64,000 nucleotides of DNA from Klebsormidium nitens (taxonomy: Eukaryota > Plantae > Klebsormidiophyceae), in contig DF237227.1 of assembly GCA_000708835.1 (NCBI GenBank), forward strand, positions 49,802 through 113,801. The letters run 5' to 3'. Positions 25,540 to 39,746 of the stretch are shown piece after piece (the first letter of the stretch is position 1; every line of letters starts with the position of its first letter). Made by a program: the position numbers and the translations under genes. Under the pieces are notes generated by a model. It saw nothing but the letters and a program-made list of their open reading frames with translations. It was not told the origin of the DNA and made no database searches.

Positions 25540-26537
25540 TTTTTTTTTTTGTTGCTTGAGAAAACAGATCTCAAGGGAGCTGCCTGATCGAGGCTCTGCT
25601 ATGTCTTGCCTTGATTTTGAGATAACCACACTAGTTGCCACCAACAGCATTAACAAGAAAGGTGTCAAGCAGCAACGTGTACAAAGTCAGTTTGCTGTGG
25701 ACAAGCATGTGACATGAGGATGCATGAGTTCAAGAGCACAAGCATACACAAAAAAGATAGGGGAGGTTCCAAGTAGCCAAAGAAGAAATATGATAGATCT
25801 ATGGGAGCTGCATATCTACGGAACGTCGCTATGTGATTGGATAGATGTCTATCTTGTACGCCGGTCATACCATGTAGCTCCAGAACTCGCAGCATGCTTA
25901 GATAAATTTCTGATCTTCAGATCTTTGCAGCTCAAACTCACATCCATGTCATCCTTTTATTCCGCACTCACCTGGATCAGAGCAGCGAAAGCACTCCCCG
26001 GAACTGCATGTCTGGTCAATGGTGTGAGAGGCCACATGATGTATGACCGATAGCTTAGTGGCTCCACCAACAGATGGTAACCTTTTTAGACACACAATAA
26101 GGTTTCTACAGCCCCATGCGGCTCCTTCTCTATGCTGAAGGATCAATATCAGTGATGAGCAGACAAGTGCATCCTGCCCTCCCCTGCCGCATCCGTTGCC
26201 TGTGCGTCTCCAGCGTTGCATGAAAGTTGGGGGCCACGATTTCCAAATTCCAAGCTGTGATCTGATCGTAACTAGAGTAGGGGCTCGGGCAGCAGGGGTT
26301 CTTTTGGCTTCTGCTCCGGGGATCATCCACAGCGCGGCAGTTCAGACTGACATGACGTTGACAGTTGTATTAAGTTTGTTGTCCGAAGCGAGGAGGACCA
26401 GCAGCACACATGCATGCACATGTCCAGACCGTCTATAAGGTATAAGAGTTTTCATGTTTGCAGTGGCAGTTTCAGCTCGTCATACTCATATAAGAAGCGA
26501 TTGGTGGTGAGGACTTCGGCGAGGCGCCGCGCGCACC

Positions 26538-29492
26538 ATGGGTTGCCAGTATGCGTGTGTTGCACCAGCTGGTTTGGGTCAAAGGGTTGTGCAAGATGGT
26601 GGAAATGCCCAAAGATCTCACAGCAACGGCAAGGCAGAATGGGCTGTTCAAGTATTTGCAACAGGCGCTGGCCAAAACGGATCTTCGCAGCATTTCACTC
26701 AGAGATGCCCATTCGCACAAAGATGGTTGAAATGCAGCTTCTCGGGGATATCGCGACCCTCACAGTGGCAGCCATATCTTATCCAACCGCCCATTTCTAG
26801 GCAAAAAGCTGCGGACCCTCGAGTGGTTGCGAAAGCAGTGAATGCGCCCAGCACAGAAACGTCAAACACAGCAAAGGGTGCGTTGGAGTTAGGGGAAGAC
26901 GTCCCCCTGCGTGACGCGTCCGAGGTTGTGCAATCGTTCTACAGCTCAATAAACAAATGCGACATTGACCTAGCGATGAGCTTCATCTCGGAAGACTGCA
27001 GGTACGAGGATATGATCTATACGAAGCCATTCGTTGGCCGGCAGGTGAGTGCGCAGCTCATTAATTCTGCACCCCTCTTCTTTCGTCCCCTTTGATGCAG
27101 GTCTTCCATTTGTACTTTGTGCCACCACTCGTATGTCGGGCGGCAGTTGGATTCCCCACCGGGATGGCTTTTGCGACATTCTGAGAACCATTTCGGAGTG
27201 GCAACCAATATTTGAGCAGGGATCTGTTGGCTGGGCAGGTGGACAAACAAGAACAGGTCCTGTCTTCCCCTTTCGGATGTCTTGCAACTAGTCAGTTCAC
27301 CTAGTCAGTTCTACGTGTCCTCAGTAAAATCCAAGGAGACTCCTTGTCATCGAGCCAGAATTTGCAGCACTGCTGAGGCGAGTACTCTGTTAGCGAATCA
27401 CTAAATCCATATTCTCTCATGTGCAGGCGATTCGGGCTTTCTTTGAGGAGCAGACAAGCTTTTTCAAGGACGGGCTCGATTTCGTGATCGATGAGATAAG
27501 CGGCGGGAGCTCCGACTCATGCGGCCTGACCTGGCATGTTGGTGAGCAAGCGATTACTCGCCCCTGGCAAGCTTACGTTGACAGAGAATGCTGGCCATTT
27601 TTTGTTTCTGGCCGTTTTTTCGCTGGCATTTCTGGTCTCTGGCATGTTTCTGGTCTCTGGCCTAAGCTTGTGATGGCTTCCGGGGCTCGCTCACTGCTTG
27701 CATACAAGAGCGACTGCTCATTGGCATATCTCTCAAAGCGTGCTCTTCAGCATCATGCTATTTCCAATCGCCTTCAAAATTCTGGTTCGAAACCTTGGGT
27801 GTCCAAGTACGATCACTTCAGCCACTGGCCTCGATCTTGAGGGCAGATCATGTCCCTGGATAGAGCGAACTTTTCAAGTGTTGCCTACGTTCTCAGTGCA
27901 CCCGTGTGTAGATTCTAAGAGCAAATGACACTCCAAACTAGATTCGGCGGGTTCCAACGGAAGGTGCCGATTTTGCATTGTCGTTTCCTTGATTTGACAA
28001 GATTGTTGCAACCTGGCCTTCGCAGCTCGCAATTGCGCTATGCTTATAGGCCTTATGGGACGCGTTCACAGTCTTCTTTTCGTTTGCAAGCGCTCATGTC
28101 ACGAAGAAATTTCTGACGGCCGGCCAGGCTTTGAAGCCGTCTCCTTTGAGACTTCGTGACAGGGTGGAAAATTGGTTGAGGTACTTGCCGTTTCAGGGGC
28201 GGCAGAACTTTTCGTAAGGCAATCTCGCTTACGTCATTTTCCGTCCGTGAGGAAGTTTCTTTCCAATTCGGCCAAGATACTAAGGATTCAACATTGGACA
28301 GCTGCTTAGTATTTCCGGGGGAGATTTTAAGAGTATGTATGGATGTAAGTTAACTTTGGTCAAGGGAGTCGATTTCAGTCAGGTCTGTTCGTTGGGTGTC
28401 AACGCTGGTGGTATTTTGATTCAGTGCAAGGAACAGGATTTCGAGTGGGCTTCATGGTATCGGGCGGCACGGCAGCCACTTCCTCTACCCCACTTCTTAT
28501 TTCAAGGATTTGACCATTTTGCCCTGACTTCTTGGCACACATACCGGCTACTCGGGGCGACACGAAAGTCAGGATAAGAACAAAGCCTTGTCGATAAGTA
28601 TCACAGCTTTGGGAGAACGCTGATCTGGACGGTCCCATTATGATTCGAACTTTAACGTACAGAAACGGTCAGTCTGGCGCCACGCAAGCATTCGTTTCCA
28701 AAGGATTCAACATTCTCTTGATCGACACTCACGGGACTGTTTATAGATACATCGCACTTCGACCGTTTGTCGCCGCTTCAAGGTAGGACGACTTCTGCAT
28801 CTGAGCTCCGTAACGGTTGCGCCAAAGCGCAATTGTTTGCAAAGCTTTACGCTTTGCAAACCTTTTTCCCGTGTTTTCGTGCAGAGTTTCAGGGAAAGGT
28901 GTTCCCGAACAGCCGGGGCTGCAGCTACTACAGATGCGCGGTCGGAGCGGACGGGAAACAACAGATTGTGTACGTTGCGTGTTTCCATGGAGTCCTGTCA
29001 TGCCTTCTTTGGTTAACGAGATGGAACGAGTGGCTCAATTAAACAGCCTCCCAGCTTCCTTCAGATTGGATGCTGCGCCTGCTGCCTTTGAACGCCGTGT
29101 GTTTTCGCTTGTGCCTGAGCCACTTTACTAAGCGGTTATGAGATCGTTTATTTTTTATGTTCCTCCCATCGGCTACTATTTTACGCTGAACGCGATGAAT
29201 AAGTTACTACTTAGTTACACAAGTCGGCCTTGGGTTGATATGAGGCTCGGTGGTTGAGCATGGCAATGAGTCACTTGTATCTGTGGAAAGAAAGTCTTTT
29301 CAGGAGTTGCCTCAACGTGCAAACTTGTTGACGTCGTGCAATTGACCGAAAGGGTGTCGCTTGTGCAGGTACGGAAGGGACATGGTGGAGTCAGCTTTGA
29401 AACCAGGTAGTGCTTCTCTCGTACTCCTTCGATTTGTCGCGGCACTCTTCAAACGCTTCCCCAAGCTACTAGATGTGGCCTCTTCGGAGTAG
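26538..29492 (+). CDS. SnoaL-like/NTF2-fold protein of plant type with N-terminal extension. Exons 26538-27044, 27427-27541, 28885-28969, 29369-29492
   Basis: Spliced frame: ASEVVQSFYSSINKCDIDLAMSFISEDCRYEDMIYTKPFVGRQ|AIRAFF...DFVIDEISGGSSDSCGLTWHV|EFQGKVFPNSRGCSYY...QQIV|YGRDMVESALKPG...FPKLL. It matches plant SnoaL-domain proteins as I recall them. Start uncertain. Confidence 0.82.
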
Positions 29493-32290
29493 TATGAAAC
29501 GGCAAAAAGTCGCGCTCAATATGCGGTCTGCCAAGACAGATCAACTACGACATCAAGCAGGCTCCAATCGTTCTGGTTGTTAAAGTTCTCGTATGCCAGC
29601 TCTGGCACTATTTGGCGTGTAGGTTTAACCTGGCTTTGTCTAGCAAGTGTTCTGCGCCCGTTCGACCAGCAATTGGAGCGAATTGCCGCTTTGAAAACAC
29701 ATTTGTCAGTCGTTCTGGAGCATGGCACTACACAGACCCTAGAGAGTCCATTTGAAAAGTTAATGGACGAGGAAAATCTAGAGGTTATGGATGATGAAGT
29801 GTCGTGTTACAATATGCACATGTCACAAGGAAGGTGCTGCATCTAATGCCTAACGATCTGACTACTGGGCGGGATGTGAGAGCCCTGTGAGAGATGGAGC
29901 ATAGTTTTGCATTGGTATAGCTTGCCCATTAGTATCATCGTCAGTGCCACTCCCAACTCTCCAGTTTTGCATCAGAGGCTTTTCTGCACCGTCTCATGTA
30001 TCTCGGTGTATGCACATTGCAATGGCATGCTCACACCACCACGTGACTTACACCGATACAACTTAGTGTGGGCAACATGAGATGGCTTGATGGAAAGAAG
30101 ATTATCCTGGAAAGCACAAGAAGCGTATGCAGTTTGACAATGCACGAGTGCATGAGATGGCAATGCGAGTGGGCATTGGGCGCGGCCGTTATACCGTATA
30201 TATGATCGGTACGGTTTTATTTAGGTAAATGGACCATGCACGTACAGACTTGGTCATTCACAACGCAACCACGCCAAATTTTCTACGTACGGTGAATTCT
30301 GCGCGGCGGGCAAATTTTCAGCCCCGCAGACTCGGAGATGCCCAAAATGGCGATTTTTAGGGTTTTAAGATATGGCCTAATTTAGGCAGTTCTGCATGTA
30401 ATTTAAATCTGAAAATTGGTATATAGCCTTATTACGAGCAGTCTAAAATCGTATTAAGTTTTCAGTAAGTTCACAGGTGGGGATCTCAAACCGTCACGGT
30501 GGAGGTTTTTGCCTATGCAAAATCACAGAGTGAATTTGACCGTGAGTTCCGAACTACGGCGGTCACTTTCAGTGGCTTATTGAAAATCGAACTTTCAGCC
30601 ATCGAAACTTAGGGTTTTGACTCGGACCGTCGAGCGCTCCGAGACCGTGCGATTGCAAATCTGACGGTCGCTGAAGGAGGCCGGTATCGAACCACTTCGA
30701 TCTGAAAATGGCGTGGTTGCGTTGTGTTAGATAAGTGGCCGAGCTTTTGCCACGCGTCTCTTTCGAATGTGTAGAGGTTGCGTGACCTGGTTCGCAACCG
30801 GATACAGAAACTTTTGGCCGGTACACTTTTGACCTTTTGGTCACTCGGTGATCAGTGACGCAGCAGTGTGCACTGTGCAGGCCGTCAACCAGTCCTTGAA
30901 ACTTGAAAGTCCTTGAAAGGTGGACACCCCGGGTGCAAGCGTGCAATGTATACACCGGGTGCTTGTAGGAGACGGGCCGCGTGAAATGCTGAGTTGCTGG
31001 CCTCTCGTTGGATGGTGCCCACCTCTGCGGAAAGCTGTGAACCAATCAAGCGGACGAAATTGATTCGGCTGGCTGTCCAAAATAGAAGATTCTGGAGTTG
31101 AAGTACTGTATAGACCCGCGGGAAAAGTTAGTTCAATGGTGTACAGCAGTTTTGCAACAGGTTGCGGAAAAGTGGCCTTTTGAATGTGCCAACTGGCAGA
31201 CCGCGCGAAAAGAGAATCTCGGTCTCGAAAAGCCGCTCTCGTGACTCTGACTCACTGCCACGTTGCCACCTTGAACGACTCGCAACGAGCACAATTCTGC
31301 TGCAATCAAACTGCCGCAGATTCTGCAGTGCCAATCCAACTGGGTTAAGCTTCTTGCAGATGGATTGACACTGCTTTTAGTCGACGGGGATCGTGTCAAA
31401 GTCAAAGTTGGATAAACACGAACCCAGGGCCTGCTCGCCGCGTCCTTGTGCCACGATGGATTGCATCTAACCCAAACGGATTCCACGTCAGGCAATTATT
31501 TAAGGAAACTCTGTTTCATCCAAATCCGACATACAGCCATCCAACTTTCGACGCCCCGTCAGAACTAATGCAGAATGGTAGCGCGGACAAAGCCCGCGTC
31601 GAACTTGGCCTGACAGAATGGAAATTTTCTTCAAGGAATAAAAATCTGCAGAGGTTTACCTAGGTGCCGAAACCTTGGAGCCAATGTGGTTAGGGCAACC
31701 CACGGGTTCCAAGTCAGACAGGATTCCGGCCCCCCTCCGAACATTCGCTGGTTGATTCTCCCCCCCGGGAAGACGCGTGCGGAGTACCCAGAAGATTCGA
31801 AGAAACAGAAACAGACGCCCAAGTCGAGACCCCTAGCTCCGCGTCGTGCGGGAAGCGGGAGTCGTCCCCTGGGTACGTTCCACCTGCGCTTCGAATTTTC
31901 GAAATTCAGTGAACCGGGTGAATATTCAGCCCGCCTCGCACACACGTGAGACCGGCGTGTCGCGCAAGTTCATCCGCCCTGCATGTACACAGCGTGGCGT
32001 TTTGCGCGACAGCCCACGGGCAGATTCTTCCGCGGATTCCTGCATCGCAACTCGGGCGTGGCCAAGGTTCCTTCACCTGCGCGCTGCGGTTCACCGGACG
32101 ATTCGTCTTCGGCTGTACCGTGCACTGCACAAGGGCTACGACACCATGGCCGCAGTCTGGCAACCACGTTGCTCCCCGTGCTGGCCTTAGGTCATTCTGA
32201 AAGCAGCAGGGCGGCAACAGTTGCTCCTCGTTCCCGTCGCCCCTCCTCTGGTTCTCCGCAGGGCGACCCCTTGTCGTCCAGTGGGCCAGC

Positions 32291-35208
32291 ATGCCTTCTT
32301 TCCATGCACTGGTATCATCTGAGGAGCGGCAGGGTTGCACTGAATCAGACGGCGCGTCCACTTCGGCGAGCACGAGGCACACCAGAGCGAAGACACTGCC
32401 AGCCAAGATGACGGCAATCCAGAAGAAGTCCTCCGCCAGTGCGCTTCTCCGGGCAAAGGCTGTCTCAGCGCCTCTTGGCGCGTCAGTGAAGGCACGTCTC
32501 TGCGCAGACGCGAAAGGCCACTCAGCAGAGGACCAAAAGATGGCTGGGGGAGTTGAACCCCACACTGTGAATCTTGCGGCGATGGTTCATGCTTTCATTC
32601 ATGATGTGGAGGCTGAGGAGGTCAAATTACATAGGTCAAGGATGTGCAACCCGGATGACGAGGCATGCACAAGTGATTGTGAAGGGGATGGAGAAGGGTG
32701 CGGGTCAGGCGAGCTAGCTCAGGTCCTGAAGGTGAGCGGTTCTTAATCCATGCTGACTGCATTTTTTGTCGAATGTCCGTCAGACACCATTGCCATCATG
32801 CAGGTGATGTGACTTTGCTTTTGGTCAGCTGAACGGGTTTGGATGGGAGCCTGGAAGCCAGCTTGGCACTTCAGGAAGCGATTTTTCCTGGAGATGATCT
32901 TGTTTTGTCAAGACACACGAGCGAGGTGGTTCAGGACTGGTGAAGGACAGCTTTCCAATGTGTTCATCCACTATGTTTTGGATCGTCAATGAACCCTTTT
33001 ACTTCATTCATTTGAACTGTTCTTCTCATGCTTTACTTTCCTATGTTTCCTCGAACTGCGATGTTGTTTGGCAGTTTCGGTCACCGCCTCTGCCTTTTTT
33101 GTTGAGTAAAGAACGATTGGTCTTGATTTTTTCCTGAGTTCAAAAGAAGCTGTCAATACATTGGTTTGTATACTCCCTTTCTGGAATTGGACGGCCTTGT
33201 CGGCGTCATTCTCCTGTGTTATGATTCTTGGAGGTTGACCCCAAAGCCACCACCCTTATCTTCATCAAGTGTTTTAGTATTGTTGCTTACAAGGTGTTGC
33301 AAGCATTGCATTCTTTTGTTTCGAGAGGATTTTGCACTCATTGAGTATCACAGTGGGATGAAGCGCCACCCTTCTGAACTTTTCAAGCATTGGTACGGAC
33401 TGCATTTCATTGCCATGGCAAAGCATACAGTGGGGCAACTGTGCTGCAGTTTAAGTGTTTTGCAGGAGTTGAAGCCTCTCAATGAAGCCTCTCTATAGCC
33501 TCCAACAATAATGACCACCATCATCTCCCACTTCTTTTACATTGTTTAAAAGCCTCTCTAATGTTCCTCTGTCTGTTCTACAGGGCCTCACTCACACAAT
33601 GAGTGTAGCGGAGAGAGGTCTCCTGGCCGACGTCACTGCAGCAGTCAAAGCCACGAAAGAACAGCCAATGGAGCATGGGGAGAGTCAAGACGATGAAGAG
33701 TGCTCAGGGGGGTGCATTCGCAGGGCAGTGCTCAAGGGTCTGCGGAGGCAGGGTCATAATGCAGCCATGTGCAAGAGTAGATGGGACCATTCCAGGGGCT
33801 TTCCAGGGGGCGATTACGAGTACATTGACGTGACCGGGGACGCCTTCAGTTCAAAGGGAATGGAGGGGCGGGTGATTGTGGACGTGGACTTCAGGGCTCA
33901 GTTTGAGGTGAGCGGCCCTGGCTTGCAAAGATTGTTGGAATTGGAACAAATTGTGTCAATGTATCATCCATTGGGGGCACTCCTTGCAGATAATGTTGAT
34001 AATGTTGATAATGTTGACTTCTGAGTGTGCACTCCCTCTTACTTGTCCTTGCACCATTAACAGCAGCTGGTGTACATCTGAAGCAACTCCCACAATAGCC
34101 TATGTCGAGATTGTTAGCTTTCAGTGTAACGTCGAGGATGTCTTTTGATGTTTCTTGAGGCACTATACAGTTTGGTGTTTGTATTCCAATAAGGAGGCTT
34201 GCAATGACCCTCTGGTGTTTCGCAGTCTCCAATATTTGTTCTCTTTAGTTGGATGTTACAGTCAATTTACAGCATAGTTATCTGAGAGCTGCCCTTGTGT
34301 TTCTCAATGGCTGATGCTGGTTCTTTTTTGGGACCCCAAGTCAGAGAAGCGGTGTTATCCTCTGACCATTCTTGTACTGCAGTGATTCAGAGCAGCAACT
34401 CCAGTCCACTAATGATTCTCAAGAGTCATTTGACTGATGCTAATGTTACTCCTCCTTTCTTCAGATTGCGCGTCCCACACACCAATACCAGGCGGCCATT
34501 CAGGCAATTCCCGCCATCTTCGTTGGGCGCCTCGACCGGCTGGCGCAGATTGTCGAGATCATGGCGGAGGCCTGCAAGCAGTCGCTCAAGAAGCGAGGCA
34601 TGCACGTTCCCCCCTGGCGCCGGCCCGAGTACCTCCGCGCCAAGTGGTTCTCCGCCTACAAGCGCTCCACGCTCTCAAGCAGTGCCAGCCTGGCGAGCCT
34701 CTCGGGGAGCTTCGACTCGGCCTCTGGTTACGCAAGCTCGTCCGACAAGGAGAACGACAACGGGGCCCTTGGGCGGCTCGGCTGGTTTGCGGTGGCGGTG
34801 CCGGTGAGTCGGGCACAACGAGGCGTAGACGTTGAGATTGATGGTGAGGAGAAGGTGGTTTTCAACCGGGCGAAGCGGGGGGCGAGCGCGAGGGTGCACC
34901 TAGAGGGGGGCGAGAAGGGGAGCCAGCAGGGGTCTGAACGGCATGGGGTGATCAATCTGGAGTGGAAGCCTCCAGCAGTGCACGAGGGGAAGAGGCGGAT
35001 GGCGAAGTCGGTTGGGTCGGGGCTGGCTGGGGCGCTGATGGAAGCGGGGCTCACGGGGGCGCTGAGAAAGCAAGGGGCGGTGGGGGAGGATGCGTTTGCA
35101 GCTCAGCAGAGGCAAAGGCAGCCCAAGCTACAAAGCCTGGCGGGGAATGCGGGGATCAAGCAACAACAGACCAGGCCGCCGCCAAGGATTGCCATTGCAG
35201 CCCTGTGA
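32291..35208 (+). CDS. DUF506 (PDDEXK-like, plant-type) protein. Exons 32291(or 32408)-32731, 33584-33907, 34465-35208
   Basis: NLAAMVHAFI; GHNAAMCKSRWDHSRGFPGGDYEYIDV; RVIVDVDFRAQFE|IARPT...IFVGRLDRLAQIVEIMAEACKQSLKKRGMHVPPWRRPEYLRAKW, all typical DUF506 motifs. Confidence 0.9.
33990..34019. repeat. 9-bp microsatellite-like repeat (gataatgtt)x3 in DUF506 intron 2
   Basis: Direct reading of the sequence. Confidence 0.85.
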
Positions 35209-38200
35209 GAGTGTTAGACCATAGGACACAAATGTGAGAGCTTAGGAACTGACTGATAGGAGAAGAACGGGGGCCAAGTAAAGAGCCGGCCCGTTTTGGG
35301 ACCATGTTGTATCATGCTTGATCGGCAGGGAATCAGGCCAGCGGCTTGAACACAAACGAGACTCGCACTTGCAGCCGACAATTTTCCAGAGTGGCGGCAA
35401 GCTGCCCATATGAGTTGGTCTGGTTAGCCCGGACGAAATAATTCTTTTGATAGTCTAGGTGAGGATGTCCGGCCGTAAGGGGGACATCGCTGTACCATGA
35501 ACACAACCTTAACACGTCTGGAAGGAGTGGAACAAAGGTGTCCACTCCTGAGTTCTAATCATCAAGTTTGATTGACATAACATTCTTTCTCTTTCCGACA
35601 TCCGCAAGCAGATTGAAGCAGCTCCCCCTCAACTTTCACATGCAAGCAAGTCGATATGCAAAGCTTTCTAATGTTCTCATTCGAAAGTTTAAATCCGTAT
35701 TGAGTCATGCAAACATGATGCAATGGTTGCTTCTTAAGTACGACTATCCATACTTATTGTTATCATGGTCCATCCGATCGATCGACGACCATGATTGACA
35801 ACTCTCTGTACGCATTGCGTCGTCAAACCTGGATGGAAGTTCACCACCCTCGGTAGTCAGGTTGCACCGTCTCGCTGAGGCCTAGATTGATCTTAGGCAG
35901 AATTTGACATGCTAGCAGTCCGGCGTTGATACATCGAAATCGTGATTGAGTATAATGATCATGGCATGTGCACCGTCTTCCCTAGGATCCATTGTTTCTG
36001 AAAAGTTGATTCCTTAAGAACGGTCCATGCGCAGCAATTGTTCACTGCCAACATGCGGCTTGCGTTTCGATGTTGACGACCACTTGCACCGAATAGCAAT
36101 CGTGACAATTCCACAGGCCGCTGCAATTGATAGTCATTTGTGCTCCGGGACTCCGGGAGCTTCGGCCCCTCAAATCACGCGATATTCTTATTGCTGTATC
36201 TTGACACCAACCGTTGATCTTGCTGTAAAACTTGGACGTGATATTCTTGCGCAAGTAGAGAGCTTGCCTTTATCCCGATCCTACAGTGCCACCTGTCCAC
36301 ACATTCGACACTCCGGGTGTGTCGAAGTGTCATGCAACTCATTTTCTGCATGTGCGCTCCAACGAGGCCCTCACAGAAGCCGTTGCATCTCATGTTCCAC
36401 AGAAACAGCCAAAGCTAACTTTGGCACAGACTACGTCTTCAAAAGAATGCTCAATCGTCCGATCGTCCGAAAACCGAGCCCCCACTGTTCCATGTAGATT
36501 GTACATCTTGTAACTCATTTGAATCACCGAGGGCGCAGAAACCGAATCACAAGGCTCCCGAGGTCGCTCGAAGCCCTAATGCACTGCAGCAAACGAACGA
36601 TTGGAATTTGGGCCCGCAGAAGGACAAAAGTGACGGCCTGCACGAGGGATGCCTAGTACCTTCTGATGACGTATATTGCCAACACTGGCTATACAGGACA
36701 TGACTGTGGCGGACGCTTCGAAGAAACACACAAGCACTTGGCCGCCGCCAAAGAGCACGGAGGAACGAAAGGACAGTAAGAGGAGTTTCAAGTTTCTGGA
36801 GCCAACAAGGAATCTGGCGACCACTCCGACGATGCTAACTTCGGGATGCTAAGGTTCATGAACATTAGTATATGACCGTGAGCCGCTATTTAATATCGTA
36901 ACAAGATAACAAAAGTCTGCGAGAGCTTCCAAGGCCTGTCACTTTCCCATTACTTCGTTCGGAGCAGCGGATCAGGAGTCTTCCGCTAGAGCAGAGGCAT
37001 ACAAACTGCCAAAGGTGTAGTTACGAAGTACGGCGTATTAAGGCAGACCCTTGGAAAGTGACGTGGACAGTTTTGTACTGAGTCCACGGGGGCTACCTCG
37101 TCATGCTGACCCGCTGAAATATTAAGTGTCGGGTCATCCTTGTTCGTCGGCGGTCCTGATGCCAGGTCAATTTCGAGTCTGCAGTTCTGGCAACTTGCGA
37201 CAGACTTCGTCAACAACATATGACCCTTTTCTTGATTGTGTCAGATTGAAGCGGCCGAATAGGAATTGATGCGATTGCCAGATGATCCTTCCCTTTCCGG
37301 GAGACGAAAGTCCGGGTGCTAACGGAATCATGTCTTAGTACGAGGCCTTCAAGCTGGAAAACCTGGCTCACTGAGTCCACCAGACTTCGCAACTTCGGTC
37401 CGACTCACTGTCAGGACATCGTGGTGATTAGCACGTGCTGCATTCCAAAATAAGTTTTCGTTTTCCACTTTTGGTTGCGGACGTGGGTTTATACCTCACA
37501 AGAGCTCGGGCGTTCATGCGATGAGGAGCTGATCCGTTGCCTGTGCGAAGCTTCATTTGAGGCTACGTGGCGCTGAGGCCGTCGTTCAACGGTACTGAGT
37601 ATCACTTGTCATACGTGGCCACTTCGGACAGCGAGCTGAGTAAACGTAAGTAGCTTTTCGTGTGGTTGCGAGGACGACACTATGTTCTGAACGAAGTGCT
37701 GAGGTTCCGGGCAGGTTCTCAATGTCTTTAAAAGCCCCCTGACTTGCAGAGTCGCAGGCGTCCACACTGACTTGCCGAGTCAACTCATGTTCTGATTTCA
37801 TTCAACCTGTCTTTCGAAGAAGCGAACTGCTGCAATGGTCGGAAGCCTAGTGCAGGGGATCGAAGCACAGCTAGTCGTCACTGGTGACTCGTCTCCAGTG
37901 CTTATAACGTGCGGGCCTGTCACGATATACATATTGCTTCTGATCAAGCCCGCCTAAAGAAGCTGCGAACAATCGACTCTCTCACCGAGATCAGGAAGAC
38001 CTGGGCGGTTAGAAAAAGGTAGTATATTGGAGGCGGAAAGCCGAAAAAGGGTCGAAGGAGGGCTTCTTGGTTTTAAAGTGCATTGAAAAGGTCGCGCAAT
38101 CTTCTAAGTGGGTGAAGAAGATTGCGGTTCGACGGAACCTGGACCACCATTGAAACAAACTTGTGACAGAGCCAGACCTAGCTCAATTTTCTCAATTTTG

Positions 38201-39746
38201 AGAATTCAAACCAAAAGTCATGGGGGAACCACAACGGCCCGTGACTTAGGCTTCACAATCGATACATCGATAGCAAAACTCTGCCAAAGAAGCTCGTTCC
38301 AGAATTAGATTTCAAAAGGAACGGCCTGTGTACTTTTGGGTAGTAGTCGGACCAGATTGCTAGTGTTGCACGGGGCCAGTAGCCACGTCCACTTTGAATG
38401 CAGAAGAGCAGTGAGGTGGATTAGGCCCGGATTAAGTGTCAAGTTGAAGTACCGTTGAAATTTACAAAGTTGCACATTTATTGGTCACTTGATTTCCCCA
38501 GCAATTTGTCAAATTGTCAGATTGTCATAATGTCACCTCGGTGAGCTACTACAAAACTCAGTCAAACAGCTTAGGTACTTCGGCCCTCTGAAGGGCCCAC
38601 TAGTGGGCCTAATTTGTATCCGCAATGCAACTTGGAGAGTGGAACATTGCCAGGCACGTAGTGACGAGCCGCGGGCGGCCGAGGCTGCGAGGCTACTGCC
38701 CGTGACTCTGTTACGTCACCCTGATTGAGTGACACTGGTCGTATAGTAAGGTTCCCATGTTCAGCCGAGACCTCACCGCCGGGATAATTGTCAGCGGGCA
38801 AACTAGTTATACGGTACGTTGTAGAATGCCCCGACTCTGGGGAACTGGCTGGAAACACTAGAACGCTAAAATGCAAGCGGAATGGGAGCGGAACTCGGAT
38901 CACTCCCCCGGAGGGCCGGGGGGGTCCCTGGCGTGAGCAGTGCCCATGGATACGGTATTATGCTGTCCACGGCTCCAGTATACCAGTGCTGCACGCTGGC
39001 GCCACTAGACCATACCAGACTCTCATGACTCTGGTGCTCTTGTGCGTCTAGACAGCACACGACAATGATGCACATTGCACGCCGCACGCGGGATGCCGTC
39101 ATATTGCACATGGTGCTTGGGGGCACCGGACCGGCATAGGCTTCTGGTCTCATCCCCTTCACGCGCGGATCCATCGCCTCCAGAAGCAGCCTTGTGGCCA
39201 CGGGCCAATATGCTTGCATCTTCCAGATTCTCTCGGCCCACGTCGGCCACAAGAAGTGGATATTTCCCGGGGTTGTGGGTCTCGCACGAGATTCGCCGAA
39301 AAGCAGCTGCTTCACGTGAAGTTCCGACGTTTGACCGCCCCCGGTCGCGCAACTGGTTTGACTTTTCGTCACTCGTACAGTGTCGTACTTACTTCGTCTG
39401 ATCGCAAACAGAAGGTCAATCATGACCGTACGGTCAACCGAAGGCTTCGAACTTCGAACTTCGAAGTTGGGATTCCGGAACGGCCGCGGTAAGGGTTGGG
39501 CCTTGAAAGCCCGCGGTAATGGTATATGGTATGCAGCAAAAATGCATCCGCACTGCATTGTTTCGCTCAGTTTCGCTGGACATGCTTTTTCCTGAGCCAG
39601 AAACTTTCTGAGAGTCAGGAGTCCAGGGACGCTCTGACTCCTGAGTTTCTGTTAGAACGTCTTGTGGCTGTGGCAGGGACTCGCTTGGAGACTCGACTTT
39701 TTAGCACTCACATATGGGCGCCCACAATTAGGCTTGAACCCAAATC

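Noticed and set aside
30180-31121. Possible 0.94-kb TIR element (gcgcggccgttataccgta ... tactgtatagacccgcgg)
   Set aside because: The inverted match is short and imperfect, with no TSD. The AT-rich interior is suggestive but insufficient.
39440-39470. ttcgaa repeats upstream of TSR1 as a heat-shock element
   Set aside because: The spacing does not fit nGAAnnTTCn.
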